NCBI GenBank assembly: GCA_963514005.1
Contig: OY740810.1
Location: forward strand, 12,896,001 to 12,960,000
Origin: Raja brachyura
Lineage: Eukaryota
Length of the DNA: 64,000 nucleotides
Direction of reading: 5' to 3'
Position 1 is the stretch's first letter, and each line of letters opens with the position of its first letter. A program made the position numbers and the translations under genes. Of the stretch, positions 40,476-53,230 are shown piece after piece. The notes below the pieces were generated by a model. The model was not told the origin of the DNA and searched no databases. It saw nothing but the letters and a program-made list of their open reading frames with translations.

Positions 40476-41132
40476 TGATTTGTTTCTTTATTATGCCTAA
40501 CATAAAAAGCAAGCAAATTCTAAGGCAGCAAACATGCTGGAGGCAATGTGGTCAAACAGATGCAAATCATGCACATATCTTCTGGAGTTGCCCAAAAATA
40601 GAACCATTTTGTGATAGAGTGAATTCAGAATTAACAGAGGTATTAGGATATACAGCCTGCAAGAAGTGTTCCATTTTATACCTGGGTAATATAAATACAG
40701 TGGTGCTGAAGGAAGACCATTACTTGGTTAAAATCCTACTCACAGCTGGCAGAAAGGCCATTACAAGAAACTGGCTTGGAGCGGACACACCCAGACTTAG
40801 ACAATGGTTAGACATAGTACACGAAATATTGGTCATGGAGAAAATGACATATTCTCTAAGAGTGAAAGAAGACGAGTTTAATAGAAAATGGGAAAAATGG
40901 ATTAGGTATAGAAATAAAGACATCAACACTGTATAATTTTATAGACAATAATGTAAGTTATTGGAAAATGTTTTAATATGAAAATAGTTCTGTATACTGC
41001 ATCATTAATTGTAAACTGAACCCCCCGCTACACTGTTGTACGTTTCACTGTAATGTTGTATGTTTTGTTGTTATATTTGTGTTTTATTTGTGTATACATA
41101 AAAGCAATACAAAATAAAGTGTAAAAAAAAAA
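40476..41132 (+). mobile_element. 5'-truncated L1/Tx1-clade LINE with polyA and 10-bp TSD
   Basis: CWRQCG...HIFWSC zinc knuckle; AATAAA plus polyA; GAAAATTATT at 40466-40475 and 41133-41142. Confidence 0.88.
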
Positions 41133-41149
41133 GAAAATTATTAGCATGT

Positions 41150-41710
41150 AAAGGAATAGGTCATTTAGTTCCTCAAGCCTGCTCTGTTATTTAATGTCCG
41201 ATCTGATTGCAACCCAATCCCATATTCCCGTCAACCTGCATCTCTCAAGCTTATCAAGCTTACGGTTCACTCTTTGTTAGCAATTTACTGTTTCTTTAAC
41301 GAATTCCGATAAAATGGTCAAATGTGATTTCCTATTATCAAAGCAGGTTGACTTTGGTCAATTATTTAACATTTTTCTAAGTGCTCTGCTTTAATGTATT
41401 TCAATAACATCTTTTAACATTTTCCCTTAATGGGTATTAAGCTAACTGCATGTGTTTTTCTGCTTACTGTCTTTCCGCTCTCCCTTTCTGAATAAACAGG
41501 TTACATTTGCTATTCTCCAATCTAATGGCACAGTGCCCAAATCTCAGGAATATTGGAAAATTAAAACCAATACATCAACTCTCTCAACATACACTTCTAA
41601 GGCCTTAGAAAAAAGTAAATCAGGAGCCATGAATTTGTTATGCTACAGATTTAACAATTTGCTCAGCGCCACTTCCTCGATAACTGCAATTTTCCTCAAG
41701 TTTCTCCCTC
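41150..41710 (-). mobile_element. old CR1-type fragments
   Basis: Decayed 3'-tail-like sequence and ORF2 remnant (ttggagaatagcaaatgtaacctgtttattc on the minus strand). Confidence 0.55.
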
Positions 41711-42112
41711 CCAATTTCTAGGTATTTTTAGTATTTTTCAAAAATACTTGCTTAGTTCACAGTTTTCAACGTTAATTTTCCTGATGCACTTTCTAAAGAA
41801 TTAATGTTCATTTTTGTAACTCTTTATGTTTAATTATATAAATTACTGCTATTGTTTTTCACATGTCTGGTTAGCTTTATTTCATTCTCAAAATTTTAAA
41901 TACTCAATAACTGCTTTAGCAAATCTGTAAATTAAAACAACTACTGTTAGGTTATTTTTCAACTTTATTTAGCAATACTTATAAATGTTTTAAATGTTTT
42001 AAAACATAATTTCCAATAGATGTAACAGTTATTATCTTCAGTATAATTTGTGCTTAAATACTGTTGAATAAAATCTAGGTTTGTCTCACTTTGTGGAAAA
42101 AAATAGGCTTAC

Positions 42113-42200
42113 CTCTTGAAGTTGCATACGAACTTTGTTAAAAGCTCTAAGCCAATTGGCTTTGGCCCTGGACATATTAGGATGCACTTCCTCTTCATTT
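42113..42200 (-). CDS. unc13a: unc13a exon with calmodulin-binding motif ([21 protein letters not shown])
   Basis: Motif identical to the Munc13-1 CaM site as I recall it, diagnostic for UNC13A over UNC13B; GAG|GTAAGC donor; a second in-frame acceptor would start the exon at 42206. Confidence 0.95.
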
Positions 42201-42796
42201 CTGTAACTAAAGACATGAAAATACATCACACATTAAAATAAGTTTCACAAATAAAAAGTCCTATTTAAAATTTCCCAATACATTCTGCTAGGAAATATAG
42301 ACACCTTCATCGCTTTAGGACTCAAATGCTAGCGACAGCTTTGGATATTTTGCTGTGGGAATTTTTTCTCCCATTCTAATTTCTTCCTTTTATACTTTTG
42401 TTAGGGCATCGTTCAGTGGGAACGTCAAATCTCCCTGAATTTAATTAAATGGATTTACAAACGAGGATCTAGAGAGTAATATTATACGTGGAATAGACAC
42501 AAGGAACTTGCAGATGCTGGTTTACAAAAGTGAGTATTGAAATCAAATCAAGTACACATGAGTATTGAAATAAAATACATTTCAAGAAGAAACATATCCT
42601 TTATCTACTTAAAAAAATTAGTAACAGTAATATCCTCTTTACTTCTATCTGACTTTTTTAACAATCCAAATTACTGTATCTCAGAAGAGGAGGAAACTGA
42701 ACAAAGTTTAAAATTCAGCATAATTGCAAGCTTTATTTATGCTTTGTTTTCTATTAAAAAAATTATTATACTCTTGAAAACTGAGGAAATACTTAA

Positions 42797-43303
42797 GGGG
42801 CTGTCCCACTGCAGCGACCTAATCCGCGAGTTCAGAAGAGTTTGCCCTCGACTTATACTCGCAGCATGGTCGACACGAGGTCTTAGGAGGTCTTTGTAAC
42901 TCTCCTTCATGCTAGAGAGTAGTGCCCGCGTACTCGAGGCCTCAGCTAGGTCACGGCGTATTTTTCAACATGCTGAAAAATGCCCGCGAGTAAAAAAAGA
43001 TCGCCATGGAAAAGAACCGATATATTTTTTACTCGTTGGTTTAGTCGAGGTAGGTCGTAGTAGGTCAGCACGTTATTCGTAGGTAATCGAGGGTAGTTGA
43101 AGGTAATCGAAGGTAGTCGTAGATAGTCTTCAACGTAGTCGAAGGGAGGTCGAAGGAGATTGAAGGAGGTCATCACAATTTTCCAGAAGCTAGTCGAAGC
43201 TAGTCTGCAACATAGTTGAAGGAGGTCTTCCACATGACACTTTTTCAAACTCTCCTAAACTCTTCTAAATTTGCCAATTAGGTTGCCGCAGTGGGACAGC
43301 CCC
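42797..43303. mobile_element. non-autonomous DNA transposon (MITE) flanked by TTAA; Kolobok- or Harbinger-like
   Basis: 27-bp TIRs GGGGCTGTCCCACTGCAGCGACCTAAT and ATTAGGTTGCCGCAGTGGGACAGCCCC (2 mismatches); TTAA on both sides. Confidence 0.88.
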
Positions 43304-43833
43304 TTAACAACTGAATGGTCTTTTCATAAATTAAGGTACAGTCCCAATTCTCTACCCTATCTCTTTCTCTGGAACTGTTACACTATAATGCTGAAAACAA
43401 TATCCTGTGTTTTGGTATCTTTCTCTTCATTCTACCTTTTGTACGTGTTTGGCTCAATTGTACTCATGAATAGTATTATCAAATTTGATTGGACAGCATG
43501 CAAAGAAAAGCTTTTCACTGTACCCCAGTACATGTGACAATAATAAACCTAAACTAAAGTAGAAATATAAAAAGATAGTCAAGGGGGATGAAAAGAAAAA
43601 TAACAAAAGGCACAAGACTTGAGATTAGAGAATTATATCCCAAGGATTTGATCCCCGAATATGAAGCAGCAGAAGTAGAAAGATCCAAATCCTTAAATCC
43701 TTCTAGCTTTTCATCACATTGTTGTTGCATCAATCCTCTGCTACGTTATTTCCCAGCACTTTTAAAATGCACAACTTGTACATATGGTGAAATATTCATC
43801 AGTAATTTGAAAAGATACATACAGAAAAAAATG

Positions 43834-44304
43834 TCATAAGGTCATAAATGATAGGAGCAGAATTAGGCCATTGGGCCCATCAAGTCTACTTCGCCATTCA
43901 ATCATGGCTGATCTATCTCTTCCTATCTAACCCCATTTTCCTGACTTCTCCCCATAACCCTAGACACACATACTAATCACGAATCTATCAATCTCTACCT
44001 TAAAAATATCCAATGACTTGGCCTGCACAGCCTCTGTGGCAAAGAATTCCACAGATTCACCACCCTCTGATTAAATAAATTCCTCCTCATCTCGTTCTTA
44101 AAGGAGCGTCCTTTAATTCTGAGACTATTATCTCTGGTCCTGGACTCTCCCACTATTGGAAACATCCTCTCCACATCCACTCTAATCAAACCTTTCACTC
44201 TTCGGTAAGTTTCAATGAGGTTCCCCCTCATCCTTCTAAACTCCAGCGAGTACAGGCCCAGTGCCGTCAAACGCTCATCATATGTTAACCCACTCATTCC
44301 TGGG
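43834..44304 (-). mobile_element. 5'-truncated CR1 LINE
   Basis: GLYSLEFRRMRGNLIETY...FNQRVVNLWNSLP; short-repeat tail at 43834. Confidence 0.9.
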
Positions 44305-44936
44305 TTCTGGGTATATTTGACAAGGTCTTTCAAAAAGCTGACTGAGAAAGGGTTGGCTGAATCCTTGCATGGTGTATAACTCTCTAGTGTGCTGTGCCAA
44401 AAATTAATTGATTTGATTCAACAGCATGGAATTATTTTTCCCTCATTAACAAGATGACTTTTCTTTCTAATTATTAATCCGTTCCATTTCACCACCTATA
44501 TTTTACTCATTATATGTAGCTAGCTTAGCTACATGCTGTTATAGTGAGATCTTAGCATGTTAAATTATTGCACCATAAATTGAAGGAAATTGGAAAGGAC
44601 TTCATTTTGTTAACAGAAATTCAAACAACGAGTGGGTAATGCTATTGTAATTTTAGGTGTTTCATTTCATGAAGAGGTGAAACATATATTCTGCAGAATG
44701 TATTCTGCCATACTACATCTTTAGTGATAACATGACTATTGGTGAAGATGTAGCAATGCAGAGAACATTCTGCAACATATATTTTCCAATGCTTCATGAA
44801 ATTAAATACCTTGAATTACAATATTATCCAGTCGGTGTCAGTTGCAGCATCACATCTATATTGAGTCTCATTTAGGAAGGGGGCTCCTCAGAGTGAAAAT
44901 ATGCAACAGTATCAACAAATAATAAAAAATCCTTAC

Positions 44937-45293
44937 ATTTCCACTGGTTTGACTTCAGGTTGCTCTGATGGCATCTCTGCTTCAGGTGGAGCTTCATCTG
45001 GAACAGCAATTTCTTCCTCTTTTGGTTTTTCCTCAAATATTTCAACTTCCTTCTTCTGAAGCTCTTCTGTTTCACTATAACACTCCAATGGCTCATTATC
45101 TTCTTTGTCCGAGTCCACAGGTTCTTTCTGACAGCTCACTGAGCTGTGGCAAGAGTGATAAGAATCACCGTCACGCTCCTCATCTAAATCCGAGCCCTCC
45201 GGACTCTCGTTATCTTGGTCAAAGTCCTCACTGAGCTGGGAGCTACCCTGGCTCAGTTCTGCAGATGAGGCATATCTGCTGCTACCTGTAGGA
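44937..45293 (-). CDS. unc13a: unc13a exon, acidic linker ([26 protein letters not shown]...)
   Basis: Matches Munc13-1 [26 protein letters not shown]; TTTGCAG acceptor, AT|GTAAGG donor; 357 nt, phase 2-2. Confidence 0.93.
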
Positions 45294-45937
45294 CTGCAAA
45301 CACGGAGAAACATTTAGGCTTCCGAATTCAAAAACAAAATAATTTGATGCATTATCAAACAACTAAAAAACATATAATGTCAATTTTGACTGACAATCTG
45401 TCCTATGCAGACTGAATGAGAATGACATAACAAATCATACACACCTTAGAGATATAAAAGCACATTAAAATATCTAGAAGCTCTTAATTTATTTTGTATT
45501 CTTAATTCTTTATCATTATTGTAAAACATTATATGTTGCATAACATTCTCAAATCACAGCAGTGTGTTCACATATTTAACCTGCCTCCCAAATTGCTGCA
45601 AAGTAGTACTGTGAAGATATGAAAAAAAGCACCTCAGCTGGGAAACCAAATCAGCCCATGAAAATGTTCTAACACACTAGCTTTCTAAAGAGGTTTTCAA
45701 GGGACTTTATTCTTAAAAAACAGACTGCATAAGCATATTTTCTCACAGTTACACAGAGTGCTTGCCAATTTGCCAAGTCAAATAATCGTTTCCAACCCAG
45801 AAAACCTATTCCTAAGATTACTCCAAGTGCTGCATTTGGGACCAAAGAGTAATACTCACAAGAGAAGACTGAACGTCTCGTATTTTATTCATTTTCACAA
45901 TGGATAGGGATTGTGAAGGTGGGGTTCATAGGGGAAA

Positions 45938-46732
45938 GGTTCAAAGGTTATTTTATTGGTCACATATACCATAGATGTAGTGAAATGCTTCTTGCCAATG
46001 CAGCACATCAAAAAAGGTTACAGACATAATAATGATAAAGAGAATTTAAACATTAAAAAAGACCCCCACAATGGTTCCCATTATGAGGGAAGGCACAATG
46101 TCCAGTCCCATCCCATGTCCACCCATTGTCGGGCCCATTGAGGCCTCCGCAGTCGCCTCCACGGAGGCCCGATGTTCCAGGCCATTCTCGCCGGTTGATG
46201 GTGCTCCGGCATCGGGAGAATCATCTCAGCGGCTTGGGACACCTCTGAACGGCCGCTTCCTTACTGGGGACCGCGGCTGATGGAGCTCCACCAATGGCTC
46301 CCGATGTTAAAGTTCAGCGCTGCCACCCGCAGCTAGCCGCTCCACAGTCCCGCGGCTCCGTGATGTTTTTTTGGCGGCGGTCTTCAGCTCACCGGAGCTC
46401 CAGCGCGGCGACCCAGGCAAGGCATCGCCCGCTCCGCTCCGTGATAGTGCTCCAATGCTGTGCCGCCGCCGAGGCCGAGGTTCTGGGCGGTCCCCTCAGG
46501 AAACGCTGCCCCAGACCCGCTGGTAGGCCGCGAGGACGGATCGAAGATGCAGCCCGGAGAAAAGCTGACTCTCCAACCAGGTAGGGACCAGGAAAAGCAG
46601 TTTCCCCCACCCCCCCCTCACATAAAAAGAATAGACTCAAAACAAAACATTTTTTACACACTAAAAATAAAAGAAAGAAGTTAAAAGACAGACAGCTGCA
46701 GGCTGGGCAGCCATACCAACTGGACGGCGCCC
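45938..46732 (-). mobile_element. GC-rich non-autonomous LINE-derived element
   Basis: CpG-rich body; minus-strand 3' end GTGACCAATAAAATAACCTTTGAACC; family uncertain. Confidence 0.55.
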
Positions 46733-47836
46733 CCTGGAACCCCCTGAAGAATGTGGTTTTTCACCTTGTGTATTAACAAACAGAATTCTACATACTGTAT
46801 TTGCATACTCAAGACAGCAATCTGGAAACAAATAACTTTATATTGGACACCTATAAATTCTAATGTATAGAACGATGGTATGAAAACACTCATTAAAAGT
46901 GCCTATAGTAGGCAGTAGGCCATATGCCATCTAAGCCTGCTTGACCATTCAATGAGATTATGACTGGTCTGATCATGGCCTCACATCCACTTTTCTGATA
47001 TCGAACGTTCTGGTCTTTTTTCAACAGGAATAAATATTTTACAATACCAAAGAGTTTATAAGGATATCAAATATTTTTACTAACTCTTATAAAATAATGC
47101 TACCTTTGTACTATCCAATGGCATTCCATTTAAAATGAATCACGAACAATAACTGCCGAAGTCCAAGCACCTCCTCAGTGATTAGCATTAGGTTCAAGTT
47201 TTATTACTTCTTGATCAGACATCTGGAACACTTCAGAATATTTGATAAGCTGTGCAAAATTATCTGAATGTAATATTTTTACTTAAAGGAAGAAGTGGGT
47301 AACAGATTTAATATTTAGTTGAACAAATTGAACAAAGATCTACAACTCTTTTATGCACTCTTTTAAGTTGAGACCAATGATATTAATACACACAAAAGAA
47401 AAATAAATTAGGCCATCAGACCCCTCAAAGCCTGCCCACCATTTAATATGATCATGGCTGATCTGCCTCAGGCCTCATCCCTTCTGTGCTAGTTCCTTAT
47501 AGCCCTAAATCCCATAATCTTTTGAAAATCAAATTCCACTGCAAACTTACATTTAGCTGGGCTGGGAGCCTATCTCATTAACTCTCCATACCCATACGTT
47601 GTAAGGTAAGGTCTGGATTTTGGGATGGCGCTGAATCCCAAGATTTTTCACAGAAAGCATTTTAGAAAACAGATTTTCTACAGAAGGCATTTTAGAGGTG
47701 CAAATTTTGCTTCTATCAAAGCTGTAAGATATTTTAATAGATTCTAAATGTCTCTGACATTCACAGAAATTTAGCTACTTAAATTGAGTAAAACTAATAA
47801 CAAAAAAGTTAAAAAATGCAAAAACATTTAGAAATA

Positions 47837-49091
47837 CCGTATTTCCCTGCAATGAAGACGCACCTGCGTCAAAGACGCACCCCCATTTTGAGTTGCTAAA
47901 TTTTGAAAAAAAAAGGCTGGCGGGACATAGAATTTCTCACGCTCCAAAAAATTAAAATAAAGAAAGTAAGAATTCAATTTGCCCAAGGCTTCCAGATCTC
48001 CTCCATTCTGAATGACTGAAAGGGTGGGAGGTGTTGGGTGGCGGGTGGCGGCAGGTGGCGAGATGGTGGGAAAAATAGGAGCACACCGGGACAAGTTGAA
48101 TCAGTTGTGATCTTATTGAATGACAACACTAGTTCAAGGGACCAATTGAGGTTACTTGCGCTGACAAAGGAGTAAGCTCCACCACCCGCTGTCCTGTTAT
48201 TCATCGCCCGCTGACCCGCTCCGCTCTATGATCTTTGCTCTTGAGCTGGTCCCCTCACTGTCCAGGCTCCGGGCCAGGTCAAAAATAGGGATAACGAGAA
48301 TTTCAAAACTAATACCAACTGCTTTTGTGCGCGTCTGTTGACAAGGCAGCAGCATTCTTATTCTCTCTGTTATTCTCACTTGACCGACAACCGCCACATA
48401 CCTCCAAAGCATGTCCCTATGCAAATTTACATTGAAAGACAAGGACCATGGCAGTGAATGTCATGCAGTGTCACCCAGCGCATCAAGTGAGACCATGTCC
48501 TGCACCCGGCGGCAGTCGGAATTTAAGGATTTGCGGGAAGCGGCTGACATGAGCGAGGCCAGCGAGCGGCAGGAGAGATGTGTTCAGACAGAGAGCACTG
48601 CCAGAGGTAAGCTGGCCGGCAGAAGGTGCTGAGGTGGCGGCAGGTTCCGCTGTCCGGTCCCTCCGGCCGCTCGCAGCCACCCGAGCTACTTCCCTCCCTG
48701 GCCACAATGCGGTGGCTCCGTGCCCGGAGCGCCGTGGCAGCGGTGAGTGAGAGAGTTGCTGGCATGATCCCCAACCCCCTCCTTCTGAACACTCCTGCCC
48801 TCCCCACAATTTTACCCCTGGCGGCCCAGCCAATTTGTGCAGCCCAGGCCGTGCTGATCCGGGCCAGACTCCCCACACGCTGTGAAAGGAACTCTCTCCC
48901 CCCCCCAGCGGCGCTGTCCTTTTACAGCCGCTTCCCATCAGCTGCCAGCAATGAGGGATAGACTTGCCTATCCCTCAATACAGCAACATCATTCTTGGCT
49001 AACAACCTAACCTTCGGCTTCCAAGACAAAGGTAAATCTTCGTGCCTTATTTTTGGGTAAAAAATAGCGTCTTCATTGCCGGGAAATATGG
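47837..49091. mobile_element. non-autonomous pogo/Tc2-like DNA transposon with TA TSD
   Basis: 25-bp TIRs CCGTATTTCCCTGCAATGAAGACGC (2 mismatches), TA on both sides; no transposase recognised. Confidence 0.85.
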
Positions 49092-50887
49092 TAATCAAGA
49101 ATATTAAACCAAGAAAAAATTAATTTGAAAAGTAAGTCATGCACAAACTTCCAGTTCCAATTGAACTCAATGGGATCTCAGACCTATTCCATGTCTGAGC
49201 TGACTGCCAATTTCCTAGCAGTATGATTTCTCCATGCCATTCTGCCTATTAAAACACCCACTTAAAAGTGAACATGAAAATCCCAACAAGATTGAGCTCA
49301 GTCATTAAACATGGTTCCACTCTACTGGCTGAATGCCAAAAAGTTTTTCTGATCCACCCGTCACAGACAGCAAGGTTCAGCTCAATGATTTTCGCATCCA
49401 ACCAGCACTGATCAATATAATAATTAGAAACATACCATTTAAAGGTAGGCTGCACTACTTCGAGGCATCCTATGGCTTAAGCAAAAAGTGATAAATAGCT
49501 GGAGCAGGTTTGATAGTCATTGTACAGGTGATCTAGTCATTTTACAGGTGATCTGACCCAGGAAAAATGGAGAATGGCACAAGCATGTGAACGAGCACCA
49601 AAGTTTCAAATGGTGACGCGGATACCAGAATATTGTAGCTTTCAGAACAAGAAGTCAGTGAATGCATCAATAATGCCAAATCCCTCCAACTTAACACTGA
49701 CCTCAGAAGATCTCAATCAATCAGTTAACAACAGTTTAAATCTTTCAGGGCTCATTGACAGATTTTTATACTTTCCACTACATCTTCACACTATCAAAAT
49801 CTTTCATTTCATAGCTTGCACACACTGTCTGCTATTCTGCCATGGCATTGCAGAATATAATCCATTTCAAGCAATCCTTATAAAAAAACTGCTGGAGGAG
49901 GAATATGGACAGAAAACATTTCTCTTAATTCTTTCTTTGTTAATAGTTGTAAAGCTAATCATAAGCCATGAATGAAAGCTTTTTTTTCCAAACAAGATGG
50001 TGCCAGAGAGAGGAGACGTTTTGCAGGCAGCATGTAGGAGAACACTTGTATATGTTTTGACCTTTAAAAGTTGAAATCTGCAGCTAGAATTACAGTAATA
50101 GAAAACCAACCTTTAAGGCATTTAAATGCATTAATGATCTTATGACAGTCTCGGTGGACCTGGTGGAGGCACAATGTCATTTTCTGCATTTATAAAGACT
50201 TTTAGCATCTGGAATTATGGTTTTCAGAAATAATTTTGTGTTGCATACAATGTGTAAAACTAGATGTGTTATTTTTAAACTAAAAATAATACATCAATGC
50301 CAGTAGATGTCTTCACTACATTGAAATGATTACAAATGCTGAACACTACAAAGTTGAATACTGATTCAGCTTTAACAAGATGTTAACTTGTATTACTTCA
50401 GTCATTTGATATGATAAAGGAGAATCATCAGGTGGGATCTACTAGTACCTAGCAAAAGCTGATTAAATATCAACACACAGTCCATGGTTGGTTTAATTTG
50501 TTAAAACTGACCAATGTTGCAAAATGGATAGATGTTCATTGCAAACATTTTTAGGTGATGCAGTATCATGGCAGGTTATTGAGTGTTCAGTCTGTACTAA
50601 TGAAAATCTAATATAGAGATAGTTCTAGTTTGCGTTAGTTACGTTCCTAAGAAACCTCCTGTAAAATAAAATTGTGTCAATAGGAAAAAGGGATTAAGGG
50701 ATTAGAGATTTTCAGACTCAGAATATCAAAGTTATCTTCATGCAGGATGTAAAACAAATTTTTTAATAGCTACAAGTTTATTTTGTTACTGGTAAAAATA
50801 TTAAAGGCTGTATGTTACATTGTTTAATAGAATATCAATGCACATGTATCTGGCCTCCCAAAGTGAAACTGGCAGTCGGTGTTCTTA

Positions 50888-51500
50888 ATACATAGAACAG
50901 TACAACACGAGAATGTAACATATTCGGCCCATAATGTCTATGCAGAGCATGATGCCAAGACTGTTCCTAATCTACTTGCACAAAATCCATATCCCTCCAT
51001 TACCAGCACATCCAGATACTGTATCTATCCAAAACCACTAATGCCACTATCATATCTGCCTCAGCCACCAAACCTGACACCACGTTCCAGGCACTCTCCC
51101 TTTGTGTAAAAAAAAGATGCCCTACACATCTCCCTTAAACTTTTCCTTTCTCACCTTAAACTCATGTCCTCTAGTATTTGATTTTGCCTTCCTGGGAAAA
51201 AGTTTCTGACTGTCTACCATTGATATGCCTCTCCTAATTTTATGCACTTCTATCAGGTCTTCCTGCAAACTCCGGAGTTCCACAGAAAATAATCCAATTC
51301 TGTTTAACATCTCCCTATAGCTAATACCCACTAATCCAGACATCATTCTGGTAAACCTCCTCTGCACCCTTTCCAAAGCCATATCCTTCCTGCATTAGAA
51401 CAACCTGAATTGCACACAATACTCCAAATGCAGTCTAACCAAAGTCCAATAAAGCTGCATCAAGACTTCCCGAGTTTTACACACAATGCCCGGCCTATGA
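50888..51500 (-). mobile_element. CR1 LINE 3' fragment
   Basis: LERVQRRFTRMM...NTRGHEFKVR. Confidence 0.85.
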
Positions 51501-51514
51501 AATAGGTCATTTCA

Positions 51515-53230
51515 TGACACAAAGTAACTAAGTGGGTCCGGCAGCGTCTCTGGGGAACAAGGGTTGGTGACATTTCGGGTCAGGACCCTTCTCAGATGTG
51601 GGTCCCGATCTGAAATGTTGCCAATCCATGTTCTCCAGAGATGTTGAAATAAGGACCTGTAGATGTTTACAAAAAAAGATCTAAGATGAGGCTTATCATT
51701 CTAGAACCCAAGATGAGGCTTTACATTCTAGGATCCACCACACCTGCTCCCAAGCTGAAGCTTTCCTTTCTAGGACATCCAAATTATCCTGTTGCTTTAG
51801 TAGACATGGTTTCCCCCCTTCTGTCATCCCTGATCCGCATCTCCTATGTGTCCAATGGTGCTGTTCTTGTCCCACCTCCTTCCAGGTGGAACAAGGATAG
51901 AGTTCCTCTGGTCCTCACCCTTCACCCAGCCAGCTTCCGCATCCAACACATCATCCTCCAACCTTTCTGGAAACTCCAACGTGATCCCACTACCAGTCAT
52001 ATCTTCCCATCTCTACCCCTTTCCACTTTCTGCAGAGACCGCTCCCTCCACAACCCTTTGGTTCACCCATCCCTTCCCACTCAAACCCCATATACCTTTC
52101 CCTGCAACCCCAGGAGATGCAACAATTGTCCCTATACCGCCTCCTTCGCCTCCACCCAGTAACCCCAGCAAAATGTGTTTAAAGGTAAGACGAAAGTGCA
52201 CCTCCTGTAACATCATCTACTGATTCCACTGTTTGCGTTATGGCCTCCTGTATACTGGCGAGACCAAACATCATCGGCAGTCACTCGAAACAAGTATGAC
52301 TGTCCTCTTTTTGGAGGACGCCTGTGCCTTTAACGTGGGGAGACAGCCAACACATGGTTCTTGACAGATCTGGGTCAGGATCCAGTGGCATGGAGTCCAA
52401 GACAACTGGGAACCCTTTTCTGCTGCAGCCTTCATCCGCCTTCCCAGCCGTTGTGACGCTCCACTAAGGTCAGCCATCATCCTCCACCAGTTCCACCATT
52501 GAGGTCTTGGTTGGATTGCTCTTTGTCAGGGACCTCCCCCTCAACCCAACCGCCATGGGTGGCCCCACCAGGAGCATAGCTACAGACCGCATCACTCTCA
52601 GGATCACACAAGCTTCTCTACCATGACAAGGTAACAATCCACAGAGACCAAACATAGACTTGGACACCATTTCGCTGAAGACCATTTTGCACTCAGTCGG
52701 CCAAGACCTACTGCATCTTCCAGTTGCTAACCAATTTAACATCCCTTCCCTTTCCCATACTGACCTTACTGTCCTGAGCCACTTCCATTGCGAGAGTGAG
52801 GTTACACGCACACTGAAGGAATCAATAGATCATATTCCACTTGGATAGCTTGCAACCCAATGGTATCAATATTAAAATCTCCAATTTTAGGTAACCTCTA
52901 ACAATCCACCATGCCGCCCCTGTACCCCACTTGGTCTCTCACCTATTTTTACCTTCCCCCTCCTCCTATATTCTTTCCTCTGGCTTCACTATTCACAACT
53001 CTTCAATCTTGTCTCACATATTCTTCTTTTATCATTTGTATCTGCCTATTAAAGCTCCCCTCACTGGTGTCCATCTGCTACCTGCCACGCTTTGTCCTGC
53101 CTCTCCTTTTTTCCACCTTTCTTCCCCTCCCCTATAATTAGTCTGAAGGGTCCAGACCCGAAACATCACCTATCCATATTATCCAGAGATGCTGCCTGAT
53201 CTGCTGAGTTACTCCAGCACCGTGTGCCTG
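51515..53230 (+). mobile_element. Penelope-like element remnant: inverted pLTR, GIY-YIG endonuclease region, 3' pLTR
   Basis: NKDRVPLVLTLHP, FPCNPRRCNNCPY, NIIY...LLYTGETK and LPVANQFN; pLTR at about 53140-53225. Confidence 0.85.
52272..52643 (-). mobile_element. 372-bp non-autonomous retroposon, probably RTE-derived, with 12-bp TSD
   Basis: GAGACCAAACAT at 52260-52271 and 52644-52655; GATGATG-type 3' end on the minus strand. Confidence 0.7.

Noticed and set aside
48197-48961. ORFs of 73-151 aa
   Set aside because: GC-rich transposon interior; no recognisable domain or splice context
49514-49556. 20-bp tandem duplication (similar cases near 17034-17073 and 20076-20125)
   Set aside because: Ordinary slippage duplications
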